DNA of 63,538 bases, counting the filler, from Craspedostauros australis (Eukaryota), in assembly GCA_030167865.1 (NCBI GenBank). It is 11 parts of 11 records of this genome, joined end to end, with 100 filler letters (N's around TTAATTAATTAA, not from the genome) between each part and the next. Parts side by side here need not be neighbours in the genome. Positions count along the whole stretch, not along the records: positions 22,445 to 39,966 come from JALAGF010001652.1; 10 more parts are not named here. One strand, 5' to 3'. The notes under the pieces were generated by a model. The model searched no databases. It was not told the origin of the DNA and saw nothing but the letters and a program-made list of their open reading frames with translations. Of this stretch, positions 22,345 through 33,106 are shown piece after piece (the first letter of the stretch is position 1; every line of letters begins with the position of its first letter). The translations under genes and the position numbers were made by a program.

Positions 22345-22444
22345 NNNNNNNNNNNNNNNNNNNNNNNNNNNNNNNNNNNNNNNNNNNNTTAATTAATTAA
22401 NNNNNNNNNNNNNNNNNNNNNNNNNNNNNNNNNNNNNNNNNNNN
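22345..22444. other. Artificial contig spacer (first of ten; others start at 39967, 41911, 43405, 52426, 53802, 56157, 57402, 59040, 62319)
   Basis: Identical N44-TTAATTAATTAA-N44 linker, which places stops in all six frames. Confidence 0.97.
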
Positions 22445-23826
22445 CACCATTCTGGGATCCGCCTTCTTCTCCGTCCTCATCAACATCAAGGGCCACGCCG
22501 GTCTTTTGTGTGGAGAGGATGCTCCAGTCCAGACCAAGAGCACCTTGGCCGTCCCAGAGCCAAACGGCGAGAAGGATGATGAGGCCTAAGCGACAAGGCA
22601 GGTGGTTTGTGGCATGTGGGGCGTGTGACGGGCAGGACGCATCTGCGTCTGTGCCTACGTCTACATCTGAATGTACACCAACACAATCATGAACACAAAC
22701 GCACGAACACAAACACAAACACAATCACCCAGTTCCCAAACCAGGGCAAGACATCGACATGACAGATGAAGTTGAGTCGAGTTGAGCCGAGTTGAGACGT
22801 CTGATTTACACCGCTGGTCATCATTTGGATGATCCTATCTGAGCCTCCACACGCTGTGTCAACGACGCAGTGCGGCATGAGGCCAGATTACAGCGCTGAT
22901 GATGATGATGATGATGTCTCCTTGACGCCTTGGTGTGGTGACACAATTTATACATGTACGAAGTGAGATACTCTGCTCCTATACAATAATAGCATGAGTA
23001 AATGTAGCAACAACAACAAAACAACAACAGAAACACAGTAGTAACAAAGCAACATCGAACGTGAATACCAGCAGAGACGGAGCAGGCACAGTCTCATCAT
23101 GTGAGATGTGGAAGTTTGTGCCAATGATTGATTGATGGGCTGATGGTCCACAATCATAGTACACGCAACGGCAGAGCGCAGTTGCTGCTTGGCACAGCGT
23201 CTCCACCAATTGAGAGTACTCTCGGGCCGAGGTGTGGTTGTTGTTGTTCGTCCACCGTCGCGTCTGAGTTGGACAGTATCACGAACAACTGTGGGCAGAA
23301 TCCTCGAATCACTTGGACTGCTCAACAGATTGTCCGCGTACCTGGCCATAGCTCGTACAACCATCTCGCCGCATCGACAATGCGACAATGACTCTGGAGA
23401 AGGAGAAAGAGAGAGAGAGTCAAGGTCAACGCCGCAAAACTCAACGTCTCTTGTTGTTGCAGATTCCACTCAACCTCGGTGAAACATCCAGAAGTTGCAC
23501 AACAACGACGTCAGGTAGCATTGAGCGAGTCAATGTTCATTGAGCCGCCCATGGCTCTACCAGAATCCGCGAACAGCTCGAGTGAATCACTGAGAAAGAT
23601 GAGTCCGTAGCATGCTCTACAATACTATATCGTACTCGACTCTACTCCTCCTCCTTCACAATTATTCAGCTCTCCCTGCGATGCGGGGACTTGTACTAAA
23701 GAATGGTCTTGTCGGTACGAACACAACGCAAGAGGAAACGTAAATGCCATTCTATTTACCCATGGGTTCGATCTTTTCGTTGATGACAACACCCATGCGG
23801 TCCTGCTGCAGTTGCTTTGATTCCCA

Positions 23827-24831
23827 TCAATCAGTCTTTTTGGCAACAGCCGCTGCTGAATGCAGAACGCAGCCTGTGAAGAGGCTGACGGTGACGAAGA
23901 CACCACCAACGATGCTGATCAAAGAGCTGAGGAAGACAAAGAAATTGTCCCGGCCCTCCACATGATGCACAGCCAAGGGTGTAAAATCATATCCCAGCGT
24001 TAATCCGGGCAAGACCGGAACGCCGCTGGACACCAGTGTTTCCGGCTGAACGGTGTGATCGACGACCGACAGCTGGTAGGTGTTTTGCGTGGAAAAGAAG
24101 GTTTGGTGCACCGTGGGTATCAGTTTGACTTGCAAGCTCTCGACTGCGATGCCTCCGTAAGGATTGTCGATCATGTGGGATCGCTGCTCCAGTGGCATGG
24201 CGTCCTGCTTTGAGAATGGATTTCCGAACTGCACGGAATGGATGAAATGCGAGACGTTGTAGGTGTTCAAGAGCTGCTCATTGATAGCTGCCTTGTCATC
24301 CGTCTTTTGCGCGATGCGCATGATCTCCTGCGTGCCCTGCATCCAGGTCTGCGGGGTCATGGCGACCGTGATCTGGCCGCCCACTATCGGTATGCGCAGG
24401 CGCGCCTTGACGGTGCATCCGCCGAATTGCTTCTGCACGCTGTGACCGTACATGGCATTGACTTCTATTGGATTGGGGCGTCGCTTTTCAACTCGGGCAG
24501 GACGGCTTGGGTCGAAGTCATGGTGCTTCGGTTCGCTGCCATCCAAACGCAGCTCCACCCTGTCGCAGGAAAGATGCGGGAAGGTGACGTGGATCTTCAG
24601 AGGTATCTTGCCCTTGACATTGTGCTGTCTGGATTCGAAGGGATTTGGCTGTCCTGGCAGCAATGGCACCGGTTGGCTCCGCGACACGTGCAGCGAATGT
24701 CGCGCACTGCCGACGATGTAGAGATACAGCTGCGCGATGAAGAGACAGCCTGCTGCGGTGCTGGCGATGAGCGTGACAGCACCACCAAGCGCCGACCTCG
24801 ATTGCAGGTCCTTCCTGGGTGTGACGAACAT
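23827..24831 (-). CDS. ER-Golgi vesicle protein, Erv41/Erv46/ERGIC family; 5' end uncertain (upstream exon possible)
   Basis: N-terminal TM after QSRSALGGAVTL, then HVTFPHLSC, NVSHFIHSVQFG, TYQLSV, PGLTLGYDFTPLAV, and a C-terminal TM FLSSLISIVGGVF ending in dilysine-like KKTD. Confidence 0.85.
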   Translation of the reverse strand: MFVTPRKDLQSRSALGGAVTLIASTAAGCLFIAQLYLYIVGSARHSLHVSRSQPVPLLPGQPNPFESRQHNVKGKIPLKIHVTFPHLSCDRVELRLDGSEPKHHDFDPSRPARVEKRRPNPIEVNAMYGHSVQKQFGGCTVKARLRIPIVGGQITVAMTPQTWMQGTQEIMRIAQKTDDKAAINEQLLNTYNVSHFIHSVQFGNPFSKQDAMPLEQRSHMIDNPYGGIAVESLQVKLIPTVHQTFFSTQNTYQLSVVDHTVQPETLVSSGVPVLPGLTLGYDFTPLAVHHVEGRDNFFVFLSSLISIVGGVFVTVSLFTGCVLHSAAAVAKKTD

Positions 24832-26153
24832 CGCACGTACTTCTGTCTGTGCTGTGTTATCCGTGGCTCGTACTTGTCAGCGCGTGGAGTCGTTCGTTCT
24901 CGGTTTTGTCCCTTTGGTCAAGTCGGCTGGGATGTTGACGTTGTCGCTTGTCGTTTTCGTTGTCGTTGTTGTTGCAGACAACAAGGGGACGGGTTCCAAC
25001 TGGGAGAAGATTCGGATATGGTCGCAGGCTTCGAGGACTCGTGTGGCACAGTGGGAGGATGGTCGGTCGGAGTGTGGTCAGCTGCAGGAATAGTGGTCTT
25101 CGTTCGCGCAATGGCGATTGGAGGCGTGTCGTTCTGTTGTTGTTGGTCATTGCCCATCGCGGTCGCTCCGTGCGTGTGTTCTCACGTTGTCATCTTTTTG
25201 TTTTCGTTTTCGTCGGTTGAATGGTCGTATGAGTCGAATCATTCCATTTGGTCCAGGATAGTGTCAACAAGAACCGTTATTTTTGAAAGCCGACTTAGAT
25301 GTGTTGGACTTGTCTCACTCGCGCAGGTCCCCCCAGTTCCGAATCCCGGGTTGCTTCACATTCGTTGCTATTGTGCGGCTCATTTGCTGTTGTGCTCGTG
25401 TATCGAATTCTGGCGGTTTCGACTGTTGGACGAGAACAAGAAAAACAGTTTTTAATGTGAGTGGACACGTGCATTGGTTTGTTGTCGGTTGTGGCAAACT
25501 GTGGCGGAGAGAGGCCCAAAGACGACTGCAGGGCGAGAGGATGCCGTTCCACTTTCACGATCATTGTGGTTGCCATGGACAACAGTTACGCCGGGACAAG
25601 GCGCAGCCATTGAACAACGAGCGCGGAAGAAACAAATCACCGCACACGCTTCTCTCGGTTCTGCGTTGCTCTTTGAGCACAGGTCTGGGCGTACCTGAGA
25701 ACTTGGTTGAGCTTGATTGAGCTTGCATGAGTTTGTGATTGAAGACGCAGATCTTCGACACTGCAGCTCGACATCATTGTCGAGAGGAGCATTCGAGAAG
25801 GCTGGGATCAGGCAATAGCTGTTGACCCTGTCAAGAATCGCAGAGCCCAGAGAGCATTCTGCGACAAACAACGGTGATCAGAAGAAGCACGGTTCGTCGG
25901 AGAGACAAGAGTGGTTCCGTGGTGGCATGTCACGGCAGAGGGTTGGAGGGTTTGGATAAGACTGCTGCATCGCATCGAGAAACGTAGCCTGGCAGAGAAC
26001 AGTGTTGGCAGTTGGCCTGCTTCCACTTTGATCTCCCAATCGCATGCGCCGCAGACCAAGGACGCATGCGAAAAAGACTGAGTACCCACAAGCGACAGAG
26101 TCTCAAGCAAACGTTTCAAGCGACGTGTGCAACACCAGTCCACCTTGGCGAAC

Positions 26154-27987
26154 ATGACCATGAAGCTGAATCCCAACGCTGTTCGAGAACGTGCCAAAGG
26201 CATTTCAGGCTGCAAAGAGTTGCTCAATCTCTTTGAGAATGGCGAGCATGTCATCAGCTTCATGGTTGGGTTGGATCAGCCCAACACAAGATCCCAGAAC
26301 TTGGCCAGAGTCAACGTGTACTACATGACGGGCACAGTCGGCACGCAACGTGTGATCAACGCCAAAGTGCGCCAATCCTTCCGTCGCAACATCAATTCTC
26401 TGGATGTCCTCGAGCGGTTGTTGCGACATCCAGAGAAGGCGTTGGCCGTCGACGAACATCTCATCGGATTCGATGACAACGATGATGGTGCTGGTCAACT
26501 CGAGGAAAAGAAGAGTGCGGCTGCTGCCGATTCGCGAGGAGCGCTGCGATCCTTGCAGAAGGAATTGCAGCTCGCCGACGTGGGTATGTGCATCCTGCAG
26601 GGTGAACGAGACAAGCTGACGCGCCATGCGAAAGCTTTGCGTGATCCGAAACAAAAGAAGAAGCAGTCCCGCTCGCCGCAGAAGCAGCTTCAGCAATCAC
26701 AACAACAGCAGCATCAACAGCCGCACTCGAAACAAAAGCATCGACAGCAACACCCGCAACAACACATCAATCAAAAGCAGCCACAAAATCGTCAACACAA
26801 ACAACATCGCCAATACAACGAGCAGCAACAACAACAGTACACAAGCCAGCCGCAGCGAGATACTCCGTCAGGAGACACATGTCTCGATGATGAGAACGAT
26901 GTGCCAATGCGCAGCAACACCGATGATTATGCTGGCGATGATAACACTGCCGAGGAATCGTTCACATCATCGCTGTCCGGCATGGAATTCCAGTTCAGCT
27001 TGCCGGCGGATGTTATGGCACAAGTCGACCAATGCTTGCGAGATATCACGAAGATGGATAAACTTGTCAAGGGTGTGGTAAGTGCGCAATCGTGCGATAT
27101 TGATGTGTCTCCCTGTATGGTACCAATTCGGGGCATTTGCCGGTATGCGTACCGTTGGTTTTATCTGCCCATGCTTCTTTGTGCTTTCGACAATTGCCTC
27201 AAAGACTGCTGTTTATCGAGGGAGGAGCGGCATCACATGTCTGCAAATCGGTAGACACCAATTTCATTGGTTCACCTTTGCATCGGCTCTCACACTGCTC
27301 GTGTTTGGCAATACCGACCGTCGCCTTACCGACAAACTCATGATGCTCCTACATGGTACAATATCACATTCTGCACGACACCATACGGACCGATTTATCC
27401 TGAAACAAAACACGCAGGCGACGAATGGACGAGGAACAGTGTTCCTGTATGGAAATGGCGGCGTGGCGTACACCCCGAGCATCCCCAAAGCACTGTATCA
27501 AAAGCTGCGGCAACTGCGGAACAGCACATTTGCAGCTCGTCCTTCCTACGTCTCGCTGGGAACCCGCGATCGCTACTTCGTCGCATTCAACGATGGGTCG
27601 GCAGATTGGAAGGGTCCGAAGGCGCTGGATAAAATACTGAAGAAGTGCATTGCGACAGGGCAATCGCCGTTGTCCATCTCTTTCGGATCAACGTATGACA
27701 CTTTCTTCGTCGTCTTTCACAATGGATCATGGGAGTACCAAGGGCGCGGCATACCGAAGAGCCTCGAGGAGAAGCTTGCATCACGCGACGCGCGTGCAGA
27801 TTTGACCACGGTAAATCTGGGACCCTCCGGTGAATGGTTCCTCAAGGCGAAGAACGGCCGCATGTGGTGGTCAGGCATCACAGACGAGTTGGACAAAGTT
27901 ATTTCGGAAGTGCTGCAGGCCGAGCACTACCTGCATTGTATGGATTTTGGAGAAGGTGGGAGCTACTTTGTCAGTTATGATGACTAG
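26154..27987 (+). CDS. Uncharacterised two-domain protein with Gln-rich linker; exons 26154-27077 and 27418-27987
   Basis: A GTAAGT...GCAG phase-0 intron (27078-27417) joins LVKGV to ATNGRGTVFLYG. N-domain contains RVNVYYMTGTVGT...QSFRRN. C-domain has repeated (V/I)S(L/F)G...(Y/F)F...DG..W beta-rich units. Confidence 0.75.
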
Positions 27988-28360
27988 AGCGGTGGTGGCA
28001 ATGCAGCGTCTGGAAGATCAAGTGAATGACGGGAATGCAAGGAAATGTGCGCAACAACGTATCCACATATGCACATTTGATGACTTCATTGCGCTTCGTT
28101 TCGAAGCGCGCGCAATGGACCCACATGGATGCCAAAATATATGGTACGCACCTGCCTCCTTTCGTGCAAGTGGCAGAGGGCCAAGCTCACTTCTTGTACA
28201 TGTACGGTGCAAGCATGATACAAGACATCCACATTATTCGTTGTCTCTCTTGAAAAGCATGGCATGTATGTCACAAATTCCAAGGATACTACCCACTATT
28301 AACCAAAACAAGTCTGTCACATCGAAAAGTTTGTCGAACATGATATTGCTCTGTGGAGCT

Positions 28361-29611
28361 TCATGTTTCTGCCTTCGTTCCCCCAAGTTTCCTCCTCTTT
28401 GTTCCCGGAGGATCCTCAGAATCGCCAGAAGGAATAGCCACGTCCTCGGCGTCTGCACTTGCATCGTCGGCACCAACAACAGCGTCGGCGCTCTCCTGGA
28501 CATGTCTCTTCTTGCTCGAATCTGTCTGCTCGTGCAATGTCTTCTCGAGGACTGCCTTCTCCTCCAAGGCCGTTTCCAATTGCTTTCGCATTTGTGCCAT
28601 CTCCTCTTCCTTCTCTTCTAGAATCGTATCAAACATCGCAGCGGCTGATTTCGGAACCTCCGCTGGTTCCTTGAGCTCCGCAATTTCGTCCACCGCGCCG
28701 TTGTATTTTTCTGTCATCTCCTTCAGCTCATTTTCCAGCACCGTGATCTGTTCCGTGGACGCCGCCTCACTGCTTGTGGTGGCACTTTGCTGTTGTTGCT
28801 GCTCCTTCTCACGCTGGTTCTTCGCCTGTTCCATTTCTGTTCGCAACGCCTCCAGCTCCTGTTTCGTTTGATCGTGCTCTGCCTCTGCTTCTGCGATCTT
28901 TCGCTTGAAGACATCCACCGCGTCCTCGTGCTGATCCAGGATCAGCTGATGATCCACCTGATCCCTCTTGAGCTGTTCTTGCAATCCCTCCATGTCGCTC
29001 CTGATTTCCTCACCCGTTCTCACCGATGACTGGAGCTGGGCCTCCATGGCCCCAAGCTTTTTCAGCGCGTCATTGCGTGCCCCCACCGCCCTTTCCAGCT
29101 GCACCTGAATATCCTGCGCCTTGGCCGCGCTCTCATCCAGGGCAGCCTTCGTTTCATCATCAATCACCGACATGCGCGCTTCGATTTTATCCCGAGACGC
29201 TATCACAACGTCCAGCTGCGATTGCAAGGCCTTGCGGTGCTCCACCAAGGAGTCGTAGCTGTCCTGCAGGGTCTTCCTCATGCTGCGTTCATTGTGACAC
29301 TCCTTCCGCGTCGACTCGACTTCTGCTGCGAAGTCTCGAAGGCTGCGTTCCTGCTGACGGTTTTTCTCGAGCAATTCCTGATGCTCCTCGTAGCGGTGCT
29401 GCAACAAGGATGCGTGGTGCAAGCTCAAGGCACGTTGGGAAGGGTTGTCTGCCTTGAGGATTTCCTTCAACACCGCGATGCTCTTGAGAAGGTCGCCTTT
29501 GTCGGTTGCTCCAGTATCCATCGTGGCATTCATCGTGGCATCTGCTGGGCTGGGCGATCCTGCCGCAGATCCAGATGCCGAAACAGACGCAGTGGTGGAA
29601 TTAATCTGCAT
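28361..29611 (-). CDS. Long coiled-coil protein with C-terminal basic NLS-like motif
   Basis: E/K/Q/L/A-rich heptad pattern over ~300 aa, ending PPGTKRRKLGGTKAET. Start taken at MQINSTT (29611), uncertain. Confidence 0.72.
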   Translation of the reverse strand: MQINSTTASVSASGSAAGSPSPADATMNATMDTGATDKGDLLKSIAVLKEILKADNPSQRALSLHHASLLQHRYEEHQELLEKNRQQERSLRDFAAEVESTRKECHNERSMRKTLQDSYDSLVEHRKALQSQLDVVIASRDKIEARMSVIDDETKAALDESAAKAQDIQVQLERAVGARNDALKKLGAMEAQLQSSVRTGEEIRSDMEGLQEQLKRDQVDHQLILDQHEDAVDVFKRKIAEAEAEHDQTKQELEALRTEMEQAKNQREKEQQQQQSATTSSEAASTEQITVLENELKEMTEKYNGAVDEIAELKEPAEVPKSAAAMFDTILEEKEEEMAQMRKQLETALEEKAVLEKTLHEQTDSSKKRHVQESADAVVGADDASADAEDVAIPSGDSEDPPGTKRRKLGGTKAET

Positions 29612-30347
29612 GGCAACGTATGGTAATAGAATGCCTGGGTGCACTCCTCTCTCTAGCTCATGGGGAGTAATGCGAGGTGCCGTTGGTGGTGGTACTATAC
29701 TTTGTGCTTCTCTTGTGAGGATCCATCTTGCGGAGAATGAGGGGAGAGGTGTCAACGAGAGAGACAACCTCAACCAACAACACATGATCAGTTTCATGAT
29801 CCCGACCACTTCGACTGAACTTCGAGTGGATCAATCGCTTTTTCGACCGATCCACGAGGTCGGAAGGTGTTGCGAAGCGGACCTCGCGCGTCTCGTTTCG
29901 CTTCGCTTCGTTGCGGAGCACTGAAGTGTTCCGGCTTCGCTGTCCGCGAAGTTCGTGGAAGCGTGTTCTCAGAGGTTCTCATGAAGGCGTCGCGATTGGC
30001 TCCAGCGTCACCGCAGATCCAACCTCACAAAATCAGAACAAACCGGAACACAATCCATTCACATCGCACGCTTCACCCGGACACGACAAAGGAACGGACC
30101 ACAAGCCCACACAGCGAGATAAGATCACACAAAACGAACAGAGACCCAACAACCAACAACCAACAACCAACAACAGCACCAAGAAAGACAGTCCATTTCA
30201 GCGACCACAACAACCGCACAACAAGACAACTGATCCTCCGCAGTATTCGCCATCGCATCGACACCAACCAAACACTCGACACTCCTGTTAGCTCGTACAA
30301 ATACGCTCCTGTCTTCTGACGTACTCTTACGCTTACTTTACACAACG

Positions 30348-32189
30348 ATGGAATGCAAGAACAGACACAACGCCGCGCTCAAGAACGCCCTTCGCGTCGT
30401 CATTCATCAACGGCAGCACGCCCCGCCGCAATACATCCACAACCTTGAACCGACGCACGAAGAGGAAAGGGAGGTCCTCCATGACATCCTCATTTCTTCC
30501 AACGAGCCGTGGAGGGACGACGTGCTGCGGGCAGTCGACCTGGTGTACGGAATGGAGGTCGCGCAGAAAGCTCCGACCGAGCACTCCGATCTCCCTTGCC
30601 TTCTCGGCACCGGCAACACAACCGTATCGGTGTGGAAGGGGGACATCACGGATCTGCGTATCGATGCCATCGTCAACACAGCAAACGACTCGGGGCTTGG
30701 TTGCTTCCAGCCAAATCACAAATGCATCGACAATGTCATCCACAGCCAGGCAGGCCCGCGCCTGCGCATGGAATGCAGCCGGCTCATGGCAGAGAGAGGC
30801 TCATCTCTTGCTGTTGGCACGGAGCCCATCATCACTGACGCATACTTCTTGCCGAGCAACAAGGTCATTCATGTCACTGGACCTCATGTGACCGACGGCA
30901 ACGTGACCGATGGACACAAGATGCAGCTGCAGCGAACGTACGTCAATGTTCTTGAGGCTGCGGCTCGCCAGCATATCAGGTCGGTGGCATTTTGCGGCAT
31001 CTCAACTGGCTTGTTCGGTTTCCCCAAGGCGCAGGCTGCCGCGATCGCTACTCGGACCGTCGTGGGATGGCTGAAGCAAAACCCCAACGTCTTCGATGCC
31101 ATCGTCTTTGACACATTTTCAGACAGCGAGGAGGTCACGTACAAGCGCCTCCTGTGCACAATGGGATCGGGATGCCCAGATGCGTCTGTGTCATCATCCG
31201 AATGCCAGCAGGCCATGAACCTGCGATGCATGCAAATCGCCACGGCCAAGAAATGGATCGACGATGCCGACTCCGTGCTGATCTGTGCGGGGGCCGGAAT
31301 GTCGGCGTACGACGGCTACAACGTCTACGTCAACAAGGACGACTTCGGGCGCCACTATCCGTGGATGCTCAAGTACGGATACAAGACGTGTTATGAGACC
31401 ATGGGGCTGCTGGGCGATCCGCAAGTTCCACTGTCCGTCAAATGGGCCCAGTTTGCTACCCACATGGACAACATGCGATGGAAGTTCCCACCGAACAAAG
31501 GGTACGAGCACCTGCGGCAGATGGTGGGGGACAAAGACTACTTCGTCCTCACCAGCAACGTCGAGGCCATGTTCGAGCGGTCTGGCTTTGACAAGGAGCG
31601 CATCTACACGCCGCAGGGCGAATGGACGTACTACCAGTGCGTCAACAAGTGCAGAGAAGACTCGGTGTTCGAATCGCGCCCCATGCTCGACAAGCTGCTT
31701 CCACAAATCAACAATGGAGACATGCCCAACAAGGCCATCCCGTCATGCCCTCGATGCAAGGGCCCAGTGTTCCCGAACGTGCGGGGAGGCTCCTTCTTCT
31801 CGCATTCCAGATACGACGAACAGAACCTGAAGATTCGACGCTGGATGAGATCGCAGATCGATCAAGGCAAGAAGGTCGTCGCCATCGAGGTTGGTGCTGG
31901 TTTCAACACTCCGATGGTGACGCGAATGCCGACCGAATCCTTCATCACCGAAGCTGGCGGGACGCTGATCCGCATCAACCCGACCGACGTCGAAATCCCG
32001 CGCAACACCAAAGCCGTGGGCATTGCCGAAGGATGGGAGGTCCTGGCAGACATTGCGGCCGCGTCCGGCAACGATCACTACGAGGAGGTTGCTCCTGGAC
32101 AGGAAGACATCGTGCTTGGGGATCTTTCGCGGGTGATCCAATACTTCGGCCACTTCGAGTGGGATACCTTCCTGCAGAACCTCCGTTGA
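30348..32189 (+). CDS. Zn-macrodomain + class M sirtuin (SirTM) fusion protein
   Basis: Macrodomain: WKGDIT, DAIVNTAN, GCFQPNHKCIDNVIHSQAGP, VIHVTGP, SVAFCGISTGLFGFP. Sirtuin: GAGMSA, YFVLTSNVE, QGEWTYYQC..C, CPRC, FPNVRGG, IEVGAGFNTP, LIRINP. Intronless, 613 aa. Confidence 0.9.
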   Translation: MECKNRHNAALKNALRVVIHQRQHAPPQYIHNLEPTHEEEREVLHDILISSNEPWRDDVLRAVDLVYGMEVAQKAPTEHSDLPCLLGTGNTTVSVWKGDITDLRIDAIVNTANDSGLGCFQPNHKCIDNVIHSQAGPRLRMECSRLMAERGSSLAVGTEPIITDAYFLPSNKVIHVTGPHVTDGNVTDGHKMQLQRTYVNVLEAAARQHIRSVAFCGISTGLFGFPKAQAAAIATRTVVGWLKQNPNVFDAIVFDTFSDSEEVTYKRLLCTMGSGCPDASVSSSECQQAMNLRCMQIATAKKWIDDADSVLICAGAGMSAYDGYNVYVNKDDFGRHYPWMLKYGYKTCYETMGLLGDPQVPLSVKWAQFATHMDNMRWKFPPNKGYEHLRQMVGDKDYFVLTSNVEAMFERSGFDKERIYTPQGEWTYYQCVNKCREDSVFESRPMLDKLLPQINNGDMPNKAIPSCPRCKGPVFPNVRGGSFFSHSRYDEQNLKIRRWMRSQIDQGKKVVAIEVGAGFNTPMVTRMPTESFITEAGGTLIRINPTDVEIPRNTKAVGIAEGWEVLADIAAASGNDHYEEVAPGQEDIVLGDLSRVIQYFGHFEWDTFLQNLR

Positions 32190-33106
32190 ATCTCTCACTC
32201 TGCGATTCCTCGACATCATCCAGCTACGACAACATTTGAACATACTCGCACTGCTCTGATAAAAGAGTACTCTACCCCCACTTGACCCTCAAAATACTGT
32301 ATATACTAAGAGGGTGCTAACAAATTATTATATCATTTGAATACAAATGAACAATAGTTGTCATAATGCCATGCCTCGATCGTCCTGTTGATGGAGAGAG
32401 CACTAAAGCAGAGCAGAGCAGAACAGAATACGGGCGCTTCCAAATTAATCGATCGGAGGACGACACGTGTACTCTAGTAGGCCACGGATGCTTGCGGAGT
32501 ACTCGTGTTCTTGCTGAAAGTACGCGTATGGAACAGTCGCTGTCTATGACCAACCGTCTTGTTTTTCATCGCTCCGATGGTCGCGGTGTAGAGTTCCAGG
32601 TTGAAGCAAAGCGACAGGCCATCATCGTCCGCGTCGGGTCGTTCCATGTTGTTCGAGGGATGTTTGGGCGGACCAGAGAACGGTCTCATCAATGGTTATC
32701 CGATGGAGGTACAACGATCTGATCAATCATCCACTCTGCCTGATACCCTTTTGCAATGGTACGACCCCTCACAAATCCTGGGTGTATCCATACGTACTCT
32801 ACTGATGACCATATTTACTACTCTAATATTATGAGGGCCCTGCCACTTTCGTCTCGAATCTCAGCAGACGCCACGACCGTTGGTTCCCGACCAGAGAAAA
32901 CTCGCGATGGATTCGTGAAGATTCTCTGCGAAGGACGCCGTCAACGCATTTGTTTGCGCTGTTGTTTTGTTTTGACTTTGTTTTTTCGGCAGTAATGGTC
33001 CTCATTGAATATTCATGCGCACTCGCAAGAGAGTTCTGTGAAGCGCTCCACTGTGCTGTATATACTCGTATGATGAGTGCACAAGCGCGGGTGTGCAGCA
33101 AGGCCT

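Noticed and set aside
32286..32837. Possible MITE bounded by ccctcaaaatact / aatattatgaggg
   Set aside because: Only 13 nt with 2 mismatches, no TSD and no second copy in the window.
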